From a virus: a stretch of DNA of 39,458 nt. Shown in pieces: positions 1 to 7,800 of the stretch (position 1 is the stretch's first letter; each line of letters starts with the position of its first letter). Below the pieces are notes generated by a model that searched no databases, was not told where the DNA came from, and worked only from the letters and a program-made list of their open reading frames with translations. The stretch lies in IMG/VR virus record IMGVR_UViG_3300045988_159199, one strand, 5' to 3'. The position numbers and the translations under genes were made by a program.

Positions 1-119
1 ATGATTCGGCACCCGAATATGCGAAAGGCCGCAAACCCTTGGAATTGCTTGGGTTTGCGGCCTTTGTCAGTGGAGCGGATGACGGGAATCGAACCCGCGT
101 AATCAGTTTGGAAGACTGA
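1..119. repeat. att direct repeat, int-distal copy (true extent hidden by the window edge)
   Basis: Bases 1-119 are identical base for base to 39340-39458. The repeat contains the tRNA 3' half and its terminator hairpin. Confidence 0.9.
71..119 (-). pseudogene. Duplicated 3' fragment of tRNA-Gly(UCC); not a complete tRNA
   Basis: The reverse complement gives an anticodon arm, T arm, acceptor 3' strand and CCA. The sequence after 119 has no GCGGATG to pair with the acceptor strand CATCCGC and no D arm. Confidence 0.7.
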
Positions 120-178
120 TTACGCGAACGCTTCCGCGCCTTGCACCACAGGCTTTGTCGCATATCCCGCCAGTCGAA

Positions 179-199
179 GTCATGCTATGGTCATGCTAC
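179..199. promoter_or_regulatory. Two tandem arm-type repeats GTCATGCTA(T/C), candidate integrase arm-binding sites (int-distal arm)
   Basis: gtcatgctat at 179-188 and ggtcatgctac at 189-199. The same motif occurs three times at 39250-39295 in the same orientation. Confidence 0.5.
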
Positions 200-383
200 C
201 GGTTTTCTTTTTCCGAATCCCTCATGTGAGGAGTTCTTACGGCCAAGATATCAATAAAACGACGACCTGCAAAATCTGGTTTGATCGATGATACGCGAAA
301 TTCGGCCTTGCCCAGTCCACAGACCAGACAAGACCGAATTATTCACGGTACTTTGCAGCCAATCTATCGCCCGAAAATATAGC

Positions 384-692
384 TCACGCCGCGAGAGTGA
401 ACTTGGCTTTGAGTGCGCTGGCTCCGATGACGGCACCGGCGAGTACTCCGAGCGCATTGAGCGTGGTGACGATGGCATCGACGTACGGCAGTCCCCATGC
501 CGGGCCGACCGTGCCCATGAAGAGGGCAAGGGCCGGAAACACGAGTGCGGCAAGCCACTTCAAGATGTCATACAGTTTGTTGGGGATGAGCCATGCGGGG
601 ACCGCAGGGTTCACATCTGCCGCTGGGCTCCATGCAGACGTGTCGACTCCTATTGGGTTGGCGATGTTCTTGAGTTCGTTTTCATCGGACAT
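384..692 (-). CDS. Holin-like membrane protein (2 TM), last gene of the lysis cassette
   Basis: 102-aa ORF directly downstream of the endolysin. It has two hydrophobic helices (WLAALVFPALALFMGTV and VTTLNALGVLAGAVIGA) and C/G-ending codon usage. Confidence 0.75.
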   Translation of the reverse strand: MSDENELKNIANPIGVDTSAWSPAADVNPAVPAWLIPNKLYDILKWLAALVFPALALFMGTVGPAWGLPYVDAIVTTLNALGVLAGAVIGASALKAKFTLAA

Positions 693-746
693 TGTTATTC
701 CTTCTTTTACCGGGAGGGCCGCGATTGGATTCGCGGCCCTGTTGGA

Positions 747-2024
747 TCAGTAGTAGATGCGCGTTCCCGCGCGGACCTGGTTGGGATTGCTGATGCCGTT
801 GGCTGCGGCGACCTTGGCGCTGTTGGCGCCGAAATGGTTCCACAGGCAATCACCGGCACCGATCACCACGTAGCGCCCCGCACCGGCGGAGGTGGAGGAT
901 GTCGTACCGGTGAGCCGCAATCGCTGGCCGGGGTAGATGACGTAGGGGGCACGCAAACCATTGAGGTTTGCGATGCTTACCCAGTTCACGCCGGTTCCGG
1001 CACCGATCAAGGTCAGATAATCGCCTCGTTGCACGGTGTACCAGCTTGCGCTGGTACTTGTACCGCCTCCCGTGCCACGCAAACGCTGGTTGACGATTGC
1101 CATGACCTCGCTGTAGCGGTTGCCGAGCAGTTGACGGCGTTGCGGGTCGTTGCTGTAGTCGCCGCGAATCACTGCGGTTGCCAAGGACTGTGCGTCACCG
1201 ACCGGCGCACCTTGCTGGGGTGTCGGGCTGGGCGTGGCCGGGTTGGCGGAGGTGCCGGGCTGAGAACCCGCGTACTTCGCCCATGTTCCGGCATCGCCAT
1301 AGAACCAGTTGACGTCGATCCTGGAACCGACGCCAGGCACGTGACCCGAGCTGGAATACTGCCAGGCGGCGGCGAATGGCCAAGGGCTGACGTCGTAGGG
1401 CACGGCTCCGGGGTTGCGCAGGGTCTCTCCGGTATATCCACGCGGATATCCGGCAACCCACAAACCGTAGTTGGCGTTGGCCACTGCGGTCCAGTCGGTC
1501 ATTTTGATGACACTGGCAGACGTGTAGATGAGAGGCTTGACGCCCCATGCGGATTCGACACGCTGCAACCACCTGAGCGCCCACCAGCTCCATGTCACGT
1601 AGCTGCCCGATGGCTCCCAGTCCAATACTGGAATCACACCATCGTTGACATAGCCGCGCGTTTGGCCGATAAACCAGTCAGCCTCGGCCTCAGGGCTGTT
1701 GCCGAGATCAGGCCGAGCAAAATGGTAGACGCCGCGACGGATGCCGTTGGCCTTGAGCGACTGCATTGTGCAGTCGGCAACCGAATCAGTGTACCCGTTG
1801 CCCTCAGTGACTTTCACGAAAGCGAAGTTGACACCGGATGCCTTGGCGGTTGCGGCCTGACTGCTGCCGACACATCCTTGCCATTTGCTCACGTCCATAC
1901 CGCTGTCGGCGAGCGCGGTGCCCGGCACGAACACCAGGGCGATGGTCGTCAGCAGTGTGGCCAGCATGGTTGCCCATGGTCGGCGGGGACGGGCGTGGCG
2001 TGGCTTTCCGCGATTAAATATCAT
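747..2024 (-). CDS. Endolysin: signal-like N-terminus, GH25 muramidase, Cpl-7-like repeat and two LysM domains
   Basis: ATG at 2024 is preceded by AAAGGAG. Motifs seen: RRPWATMLATLLTTIALVFVPGTALA, DVSKWQG..FAFVKVTEG, VIRGDYSNDPQRRQLLG, WYTVQRGDYLTLIG and YVVIGAGDCLW. The upstream part of ORF 747-2354 is Arg/Pro-rich junk. Confidence 0.9.
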   Translation of the reverse strand: MIFNRGKPRHARPRRPWATMLATLLTTIALVFVPGTALADSGMDVSKWQGCVGSSQAATAKASGVNFAFVKVTEGNGYTDSVADCTMQSLKANGIRRGVYHFARPDLGNSPEAEADWFIGQTRGYVNDGVIPVLDWEPSGSYVTWSWWALRWLQRVESAWGVKPLIYTSASVIKMTDWTAVANANYGLWVAGYPRGYTGETLRNPGAVPYDVSPWPFAAAWQYSSSGHVPGVGSRIDVNWFYGDAGTWAKYAGSQPGTSANPATPSPTPQQGAPVGDAQSLATAVIRGDYSNDPQRRQLLGNRYSEVMAIVNQRLRGTGGGTSTSASWYTVQRGDYLTLIGAGTGVNWVSIANLNGLRAPYVIYPGQRLRLTGTTSSTSAGAGRYVVIGAGDCLWNHFGANSAKVAAANGISNPNQVRAGTRIYY

Positions 2025-2071
2025 GTGTTCTCCTTTCAGAGATGTTTTGGAGTCTCGCGGGATTGCGGGGC

Positions 2072-2383
2072 TCACGTTCTGTTGCGCGGCGCGATTGGCG
2101 CGGATTGGATGTCGTCGTTGAGGGATGTGCCGTGGCCGTTGCCGCCCAGCGAGTGATAGGAGTCGTAGAGGCGTTGGGAGCGTGATTTGAGGTCCTCGTC
2201 CGCCACTCCGTCGTGCTCGATGACCATTTCGCGTCGCAGGTCCTCTAACTGGCACAGCAGGAGCTCGCGCATCCCGTTGATGATCGCTCTGCCCCATCGC
2301 CGCATGAGGCCCAGCACGGTGACCGCGCCACCGCATAAGAAGGGCACCAGCCAATCAACGAGTTGTTCGATTAACTGCGACAT
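2072..2383 (-). CDS. Lysis-associated membrane protein (1 N-terminal TM; possible holin or holin partner)
   Basis: ATG at 2383 is preceded by AAAGGAG. The hydrophobic helix LVDWLVPFLCGGAVTVLGLM is followed by a charged tail. The gene sits directly upstream of the endolysin. Confidence 0.6.
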   Translation of the reverse strand: MSQLIEQLVDWLVPFLCGGAVTVLGLMRRWGRAIINGMRELLLCQLEDLRREMVIEHDGVADEDLKSRSQRLYDSYHSLGGNGHGTSLNDDIQSAPIAPRNRT

Positions 2384-2404
2384 GCGGGGCTCCTTTATGG
2401 TGAG

Positions 2405-2454
2405 AAAACCCACACGTGATACCGAGCGGATTGGCCGCGAGACGTGTGGTTTTT
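2405..2454. terminator. Hairpin (12 of 13 bp) with T-runs on both strands, between the lysis genes and the recombinase gene
   Basis: aaaacccacacgt (2405-2417) pairs with acgtgtggttttt (2442-2454). TTTTT follows on the plus strand just before the recombinase RBS, and TTTTC follows on the minus strand. Confidence 0.35.
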
Positions 2455-2465
2455 CGGAGGTCGAA

Positions 2466-3335
2466 ATGTTGTTGCAAGAGTTTTGGGATGACCGGTATGT
2501 CGGCTATTGCGAGCGCCTGCGCGAGGTCACGCGCGTTGGCTATGAGTCGGCTTGGCGATGCCATGTGGAGCCGGTGTTCGGCAGCATGGAGTTGGCTGAC
2601 ATCGGCGTGGATGACATCGAGCTGTGGCTGTCAGGGTTCGCGAGTCCAGGTGCGGCCCGCAAGGCTTGGGCGGTGTTGAGGCAGATGCTACGCAAGGCCG
2701 CGAAGTGGGGCTACTTAGAGGTCGATGTGACCCGTTTGGAGATTGATCTGCCGGCCAAGCCGCTCCATGTGCCGCGTCTGCTGACCATCGGGCAGACTCG
2801 TCGCCAACTACAGGGCTTTTATGGCCATGCGCTTGAGGCTTGGCTGATTGTGGACTCGTGTCTGGCGTTGCGGCCGGAAGAGGGGTACGGAGTCGATTGG
2901 GCGGATATCGATATGCGTTCCGGCATCACTCATATCCAGCGTGGAGTGCAATGGGTGGCCGGCCACGAAGTGGTGGTGCCGCCGAAGACTGAACTGTCCG
3001 ACCGGTTTCTGCCCCTTCCCCGATTCGCCGTCCGGCGATTGCGGGAGATCCGCAACGGCCGGAAGGGCCGTATCATCGGTGACCTGACCCCACCGCAAGC
3101 CGCGCGACGCTACGCCTCATGGTGCAAAAAGGAGTCGCTGCCCTACGTGCCGGTGCAGAATCTCCGCCACAGTTGGGCCACCAACGCCCTGGAAGCGGGA
3201 GTCAACATCGCGGTGGTCAGCAAGTTCCTTGGTCACACCGACATCAAGACGACCGCCAGATTCTATCTGCGACCGGAAATCGCGTCTCTCAAGGAGGCCC
3301 AAAGCATCTGGGAACGCGCGCTGATCGGGCAATAG
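2466..3335 (+). CDS. Tyrosine site-specific recombinase, predicted shufflon invertase (Rci-like role)
   Basis: GGAGG lies 5 nt upstream of ATG 2466. Tyrosine-recombinase boxes are present: ALRPEEG, NLRHSWATNAL and LGHTDIKTTARFY. It is transcribed opposite to the phage structural genes, and its stop abuts the first recombination site. Confidence 0.85.
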   Translation: MLLQEFWDDRYVGYCERLREVTRVGYESAWRCHVEPVFGSMELADIGVDDIELWLSGFASPGAARKAWAVLRQMLRKAAKWGYLEVDVTRLEIDLPAKPLHVPRLLTIGQTRRQLQGFYGHALEAWLIVDSCLALRPEEGYGVDWADIDMRSGITHIQRGVQWVAGHEVVVPPKTELSDRFLPLPRFAVRRLREIRNGRKGRIIGDLTPPQAARRYASWCKKESLPYVPVQNLRHSWATNALEAGVNIAVVSKFLGHTDIKTTARFYLRPEIASLKEAQSIWERALIGQ

Positions 3336-3337
3336 GA

Positions 3338-3348
3338 TTCCCTAACCC
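3338..3348 (+). repeat. Shufflon crossover site S1 (TTCCCTAACCC)
   Basis: Exact 11-mer, 2 nt after the recombinase stop. It reads TCC CTA ACC (S-L-T) in the cassette frame. Confidence 0.8.
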
Positions 3349-3665
3349 TGACGTCGAATCCGGTCGTGTCTCAGTTCTATCCCTCCACGCTTCCCGTGCG
3401 GGGCAACATGCGCGCCGGCATCGTGACCCTGCACATCTCCGGCTCCAACGTCGTCACTCACGCCACCAAGGATTCAGTGATCGCGAAACTCACGGCGGAC
3501 GCGCGACCGGCCGTACCGGTGCGCGTGCTGTTCGGTATGCAGGGCTCCTCATGGGGACTGTTCGTCGTCAACACCAATGGGGAAGTGACCGTCAGGCACC
3601 GATACGGCGGCAACTCCCTGTCATGGGATTTCGTGGACATCTCGACAACCTATGTGACCGCCTAG
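3339..3665 (+). other. Silent receptor-binding-protein C-terminal cassette 1 (promoterless, no start codon or RBS)
   Basis: The frame is open from the TCC of S1 to TAG 3663-3665 (SLTLTSNPVVSQFYPS...TTYVTA). The stop is followed by the next site. Confidence 0.75.
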
Positions 3666-3670
3666 TGGTT

Positions 3671-3681
3671 TTCCCTAACCC
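3671..3681 (+). repeat. Shufflon crossover site S2 (TTCCCTAACCC)
   Basis: Exact 11-mer. The flanks GGTTT..CCCAGC match the site inside the expressed gene most closely. Confidence 0.8.
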
Positions 3682-3995
3682 AGCGTTCCACGACATGGCG
3701 AGTACCGTACAGCAGCAACAGCGTTTTGCTTACGCGCATCGGTGATATCTGTTTCATGGGCGGCAACGTGAAATTCAACAATAGCGGGCAGAACAATTAC
3801 ACGACGGCTCAGGAGAAGATCCCCGAAGGGTATCGACCCGTCAGCGTCAATACGCCCGTGGCCGTTTTCGGTGGTGAAACGACATTCATCTGTTACGGCG
3901 AGGCCAATGGCACCGTCACGATGCTCGGCAACCCGAACAGCGCGTATGCGGGATGCACCGGCGTATGGCGCACCACCGACCCCATGCCCGCGTAG
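3672..3995 (+). other. Silent RBP C-terminal cassette 2
   Basis: The frame is open from the TCC of S2 to TAG 3993-3995 (SLTQRSTTWRV...IPEGYRP...GVWRTTDPMPA). Confidence 0.75.
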
Positions 3996-3997
3996 TT

Positions 3998-4008
3998 TTC
4001 CCTAACCC
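3998..4008 (+). repeat. Shufflon crossover site S3 (TTCCCTAACCC)
   Basis: Exact 11-mer, 2 nt after the cassette 2 stop. Confidence 0.8.
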
Positions 4009-4322
4009 CTGTCACGGGCCGGGTCAAGATGCCGTATTCCGATAGGTATATCACTCTGGTTCGCGTCGGCCGTATCGTCACCGCCTGCGCGTATATCACG
4101 CTGACAAGTAATTTCAATCAGGTCGGCAACGTGTCCGTCAACGAGACAATTCCGGAGGGTTTCAGACCGTCCGGCGATTCCCGCGCGGTCATGCGCGGCA
4201 CCGACAACAGCGGCGCGACCAGTTTCTACCTTTACGGCACCGCAGACGGGAAAATGGTGTTGAACGGCACCGGATATACCAGCCGATTCGTCGGTATATC
4301 CGGCTGTTGGATTACCGAGTAG
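3999..4322 (+). other. Silent RBP C-terminal cassette 3
   Basis: The frame is open from the TCC of S3 to TAG 4320-4322 (SLTPVTGRVKM...IPEGFRP...GCWITE). It is a paralogue of cassette 2. Confidence 0.75.
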
Positions 4323-4324
4323 CA

Positions 4325-4335
4325 TTCCCTAACCC
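4325..4335 (+). repeat. Shufflon crossover site S4 (TTCCCTAACCC)
   Basis: Exact 11-mer, 2 nt after the cassette 3 stop. Confidence 0.8.
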
Positions 4336-4700
4336 AAACCCAGCGCATCCGGTTCGACCGTTCCGGCACCACGAGCGCCAATGACGAGATGCACCTGTCG
4401 GGCGCGATACTGCCGGTCAGTCCGGCTATCGCGGTCATCAGCATCGTATGGGTCAACAAGGGCGCGTTCAAGGCACAATCGTGGAAAGCCACCACACTGG
4501 CTCGTATGGTCGGCTGGAAGGTGATTGGATCCGCCGTACATTCCCCGGCTGCGGAGAACATTGTCTACGAGCATCTAGGCAAGAACCAGTTCGCCGCGAC
4601 CGGCTCAGGGGAAATCCAATACATCACGCCGGGAACCATAGACATCTTCGCGAATGCGTGGCATCGCGGCTGTCTGATAGCTCCGGTCACGCCCTCATAA
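4326..4700 (+). other. Silent RBP C-terminal cassette 4
   Basis: The frame is open from the TCC of S4 to TAA 4698-4700 (SLTQTQRIRFDRSG...LIAPVTPS). At 375 nt it is the same length as the currently expressed C-terminal segment. Confidence 0.75.
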
Positions 4701-4703
4701 GGT

Positions 4704-4714
4704 TTCCCTAACCC
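4704..4714 (+). repeat. Shufflon crossover site S5 (TTCCCTAACCC)
   Basis: Exact 11-mer, 3 nt after the cassette 4 stop. Confidence 0.8.
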
Positions 4715-5001
4715 CGGCGGAGTACGCGCCGTATATCCAGTGCGCCGGGCATACGGTAACGACCGGTGATGACGGCACGTTCTGGGTGGGCGTCAAGTCT
4801 CCGAACGGCAAGCCTCCGGACTATGCCTCGTACACGGTCGGCCCTTTCGGCACCGGGTTCAATGACGAGGACGGCATCATCGCCCACCTATGGGACGTGA
4901 CCGCCACCGGAGTCCGGTTCCGCCTCTACACGACGCGCTATCAGCGGTGGTGCGGCAAGACCGCGATCTTCGGCAAATGGATCGCCGTATGGCGCCGCTA
5001 G
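4705..5001 (+). other. Silent RBP C-terminal cassette 5
   Basis: The frame is open from the TCC of S5 to TAG 4999-5001 (SLTPAEYAPYIQ...KWIAVWRR). Its stop overlaps the stop of the expressed gene in the palindrome CTAG at 4998-5001. Confidence 0.75.
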
Positions 5002-5999
5002 CTGAACGTGACACCGTCGGGGATTGGCAAGGTGCGAGGCGTGTGCATGCACCGGTCTCCGTTGGACAAGCCGCCGACGACCATGATGGTGCCGTTCGCG
5101 TTCCAAGTCGCTTGTTTCGCCCAATTGCCGACTGGCAAAGCCCACAGGCAGCCGAGAGACACCGCCTTGGACGGTTTCACTCCCGACGCGTATTGGAACA
5201 CCGGGTAATCGTGGCTCAGGTTCACCGTGCTCTTGAACCCGCTCAAGTCCGCGTGGAGCAGTCGATTACGCTCGTCCACGACGATCTGCATGCCGCCGCC
5301 GTAGGCGTCAGGCTGGAATGATTTCGTGTCCTGCCACTTGAATTTCGCGTACAGGAGCGGCTGGGTTAGGGAAACCCAGACGCCTGATTTTGCCTGGTAT
5401 TCGTTGCCGTCGAGTAGTCGGCATTTTTGCCCTTCCCATGGCGTCCATGCGTCTTTTTCGGTTTCGCTGCGGAAGAGCAGATCGGCACCGGCTGAGGCAG
5501 TGAAGGGGTACATCTGTTCGTAGATGACTCCGGTGGAGGTCATGGAGGTCGCCGTCGATGGGATGGTGACTCGGGCGAGGGCCAGTGCTCCTTCTGGTGT
5601 TGCTGGCGTAACGGGATCCACTGCTGGGGTGCCGGTGACGATGATGGCTTCTGGGCCGTCTGTGGGGTCGCTGGCTGGTGAGGCGGTTTCGTTTTGTTTG
5701 ATGCAGATGAGGTCGATGCGACTGTTGGCGCTGGGGGCGGCGGCGTGTTTGACGCTGATGGTGCCGTCGTTACTGAGCCAGACTGGGCCATATCGGTTGG
5801 TGACGGCATCGAAGGCGGCGATGTCGCTGTTCATGCCGTTCCCTGCCGTGACGAGTCCGGTGAGGCTTTTGGCGGTGATGCTGACGCCGGTTTTGATGTT
5901 GCCGTTGGCGTCCTGGGCGGTGGTGGCGCGGAGTGCAGCGCGGATGTCGAATTGGTCTGCCGCGTCGCTGACTGCGGGAAATCCGTTACGGAGCGTCAT
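4998..5999 (-). CDS. Receptor-binding / distal tail fibre protein with exchangeable C-terminus (expressed shufflon gene)
   Basis: ATG 5999 overlaps the upstream stop (ATGA). It is the last tail gene. It contains the inverted crossover site in frame (VSLTQ). The remainder of ORF 4998-6374 is a shadow frame. Confidence 0.85.
   Translation of the reverse strand: MTLRNGFPAVSDAADQFDIRAALRATTAQDANGNIKTGVSITAKSLTGLVTAGNGMNSDIAAFDAVTNRYGPVWLSNDGTISVKHAAAPSANSRIDLICIKQNETASPASDPTDGPEAIIVTGTPAVDPVTPATPEGALALARVTIPSTATSMTSTGVIYEQMYPFTASAGADLLFRSETEKDAWTPWEGQKCRLLDGNEYQAKSGVWVSLTQPLLYAKFKWQDTKSFQPDAYGGGMQIVVDERNRLLHADLSGFKSTVNLSHDYPVFQYASGVKPSKAVSLGCLWALPVGNWAKQATWNANGTIMVVGGLSNGDRCMHTPRTLPIPDGVTFS
5363..5373 (-). 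repeat. Shufflon crossover site S0, inverted relative to S1-S5, inside the expressed RBP gene
   Basis: gggttagggaa is the reverse complement of TTCCCTAACCC. TCC at 5372-5370 is in frame with ATG 5999, the same S-L-T reading as all five cassettes. Confidence 0.8.
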
Positions 6000-6676
6000 T
6001 GTTGGTTCCTTTTCTCTAGTTGTGTGAGGCGTTGTGCCAAATCGTCGATTCGGGTTTCCGCATCCTGGGCGAGGCGGAGGGCGGCGACGCTGAGTGTCTG
6101 GTAGTCGATGCCGTCTGGTTCGTCGTTTGCGTCGTAGGTGCAGAACATGCCGAGGCCGTTGGAGTCGAGGTCTTCGGCGATCATGCCGATTCGTGGCATG
6201 GCGCTGTCGTTGTTGGCGTTGAGATCCGCGATGTAGCGGAAGATCTGCCATTTGACTTTGCGCAGGGCCTCGATGGGGATGAATTGGTCTGCATCGGTGA
6301 TATCGGTCTTGACTTTGCGGCTTGATTGCGCGGTGCCGATGGTGCCGTCCGTGAGGATCCATCCGGCTCTCCATTGGCCTTTGGTGAAGAGATTGTTGTA
6401 GCCGTTTGTTGTGCCGGTGCCGCCTCGGCCTGGCGTGAGTGTGCCCCAGTTCCAGTCTTGGAGCTTGCTGTCGATGGTGGCTTTGTCATAGCTGTTTTTG
6501 CTGATGCTGTCGGCCACTTGCTGGTCGAGGCTGTCGAACAGTGCGAGGATCTTTTTCACGGTTTGGGTGAATTGTCCGTCCGTGGGTACTCGCAGGTTGC
6601 GGATTGACGCTTCGATGCGGTTGATGCGGTCGGCGAATTTGGCGAAATCATCGGTGTAGGTTTTTGGATCACTCAT
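5996..6676 (-). CDS. Tail fibre protein with a C-terminal intramolecular-chaperone (peptidase S74-like) domain
   Basis: An N-terminal coiled segment is followed by TAQSSRKVKTDITD..IPIEALRKV..IGMIAEDL, resembling the self-cleaving chaperone domain of phage fibres. It ends in a coiled coil. Confidence 0.7.
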   Translation of the reverse strand: MSDPKTYTDDFAKFADRINRIEASIRNLRVPTDGQFTQTVKKILALFDSLDQQVADSISKNSYDKATIDSKLQDWNWGTLTPGRGGTGTTNGYNNLFTKGQWRAGWILTDGTIGTAQSSRKVKTDITDADQFIPIEALRKVKWQIFRYIADLNANNDSAMPRIGMIAEDLDSNGLGMFCTYDANDEPDGIDYQTLSVAALRLAQDAETRIDDLAQRLTQLEKRNQQ

Positions 6677-7784
6677 TGAAGGCTCCTGTGGTGATTTCGA
6701 TTTTGTCGCTGTCGCTTGAGCCGCGAAGGGTCATGATGCGGAGCTTGTGCAGGCCGTCCGGTATGCCGAACTGGTCGTTTCGGATGATGAGCCCGCAGTC
6801 GTGGCCGACGTCGTATTCGCCGAGCCGCTGGTCTCGTTGGACGCTGAATTGCCATGTGTTGAGGGGGCGTGTGCTGGTGCGGATGGTTTCGACGGCGTGT
6901 GCGAGCGCGGTTTTGGGGTCGGTGACGCTGCTGGACAGGCTTTCGACCTTTTCCAGTAGGGGGAATCCGAGGCCAGTGAAGCTGTGGTCTGTTGCGCGTT
7001 CGATGATTGCTTGGTCGCTGGCTGCTCCGCCTGTTTCCCAGACGATGTTGGCGAGGTCGTTGGCGTCTTGGCTGATTGTGAGGTCGCTGACGGTGTTGCC
7101 TGGCAGGCTGGTGTCCCAGATGGTGGTGGTGTTGCCGGTGAGTCGGGGCTTGCCGGTTTTGAGGAGCCATTCGTAGCCGAGGCCGTCTGTGGTGAGGCGG
7201 GGTTGGAATCGGATGTCGGGCCCGTTTTGGACTTCGGTGAGGTTAATGAGCAGGTCGCCTATGAGTTTGAGCTCTGCTCCTTTGATGTTGCGTTCGTAGG
7301 TGCCGGCCATGTCGTCTTCGAAGGTGATGGGCAGGTTGCCGCCGGTCCAGGTGAGTGATTGTTGGATCCATCGTTTGGCGATGGTCTGGTAGCTGGTGTT
7401 TTTGATGTTGGTGTCGAATCCGGTGTTGGCGGTGCCGTCGCTGTTGGTGAGCTTGTCCGTGTCTTTCATCAGTGGCAGGAGGGTGCGGTGGTCGAAGTAC
7501 GACCAGAGGCCTTTGCCTGAGAGTTCGACGGTGCCGGCGTCGCGGTCGTAATGGCGGGTCCAGATGGGGCCGCCGTTGGTGACTCCTTGGTCTTCGATGA
7601 TGAGCGCGGTGCGACCGGGTATGGAGGCGTTGTAGAGGTCGAGTTTTTGGATTCGTCGGTCGTTGACGCTGACGGTGGCGGTGACGGTTTCGGCTCCGTT
7701 GAATTCGCCGGTCCAGTCGGCTTTGAGGTAGGGCAGGTCGAGGATGCGTCGGCCGGTGCGTAGGTCGCATATTCTGACTCTCAT
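6669..7784 (-). CDS. Tail-associated / baseplate hub protein (Tal-like)
   Basis: 371-aa ORF directly after Dit in the canonical TMP-Dit-Tal order, with good C/G-ending codon usage. Other frames are Arg/His junk. Confidence 0.75.
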   Translation of the reverse strand: MRVRICDLRTGRRILDLPYLKADWTGEFNGAETVTATVSVNDRRIQKLDLYNASIPGRTALIIEDQGVTNGGPIWTRHYDRDAGTVELSGKGLWSYFDHRTLLPLMKDTDKLTNSDGTANTGFDTNIKNTSYQTIAKRWIQQSLTWTGGNLPITFEDDMAGTYERNIKGAELKLIGDLLINLTEVQNGPDIRFQPRLTTDGLGYEWLLKTGKPRLTGNTTTIWDTSLPGNTVSDLTISQDANDLANIVWETGGAASDQAIIERATDHSFTGLGFPLLEKVESLSSSVTDPKTALAHAVETIRTSTRPLNTWQFSVQRDQRLGEYDVGHDCGLIIRNDQFGIPDGLHKLRIMTLRGSSDSDKIEITTGAFNE

Positions 7785-7800
7785 CGATTCTCCTTTTTGT

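Noticed and set aside
71-160. Complete tRNA at the left end
   Set aside because: Only the 3' half matches. No 5' acceptor strand (GCGGATG) or D arm follows, and the extra complementarity after 119 creates a non-tRNA 12-bp stem.
288-2156. 622-aa plus-strand ORF covering the holin/endolysin region
   Set aside because: The translation is Gly/Arg/Val/Cys-rich with no motifs. It is the mirror frame of the minus-strand endolysin, which has clear GH25 and LysM signatures and an RBS.
3366-5001. Five small plus-strand ORFs (3366-3665, 3726-3995, 4029-4322, 4389-4700, 4786-5001) as ordinary independent genes
   Set aside because: They have no RBS, and the track starts are GTG, TTG or internal Met. Each frame is already open from the upstream TTCCCTAACCC site. 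They are reinterpreted as silent shufflon cassettes.
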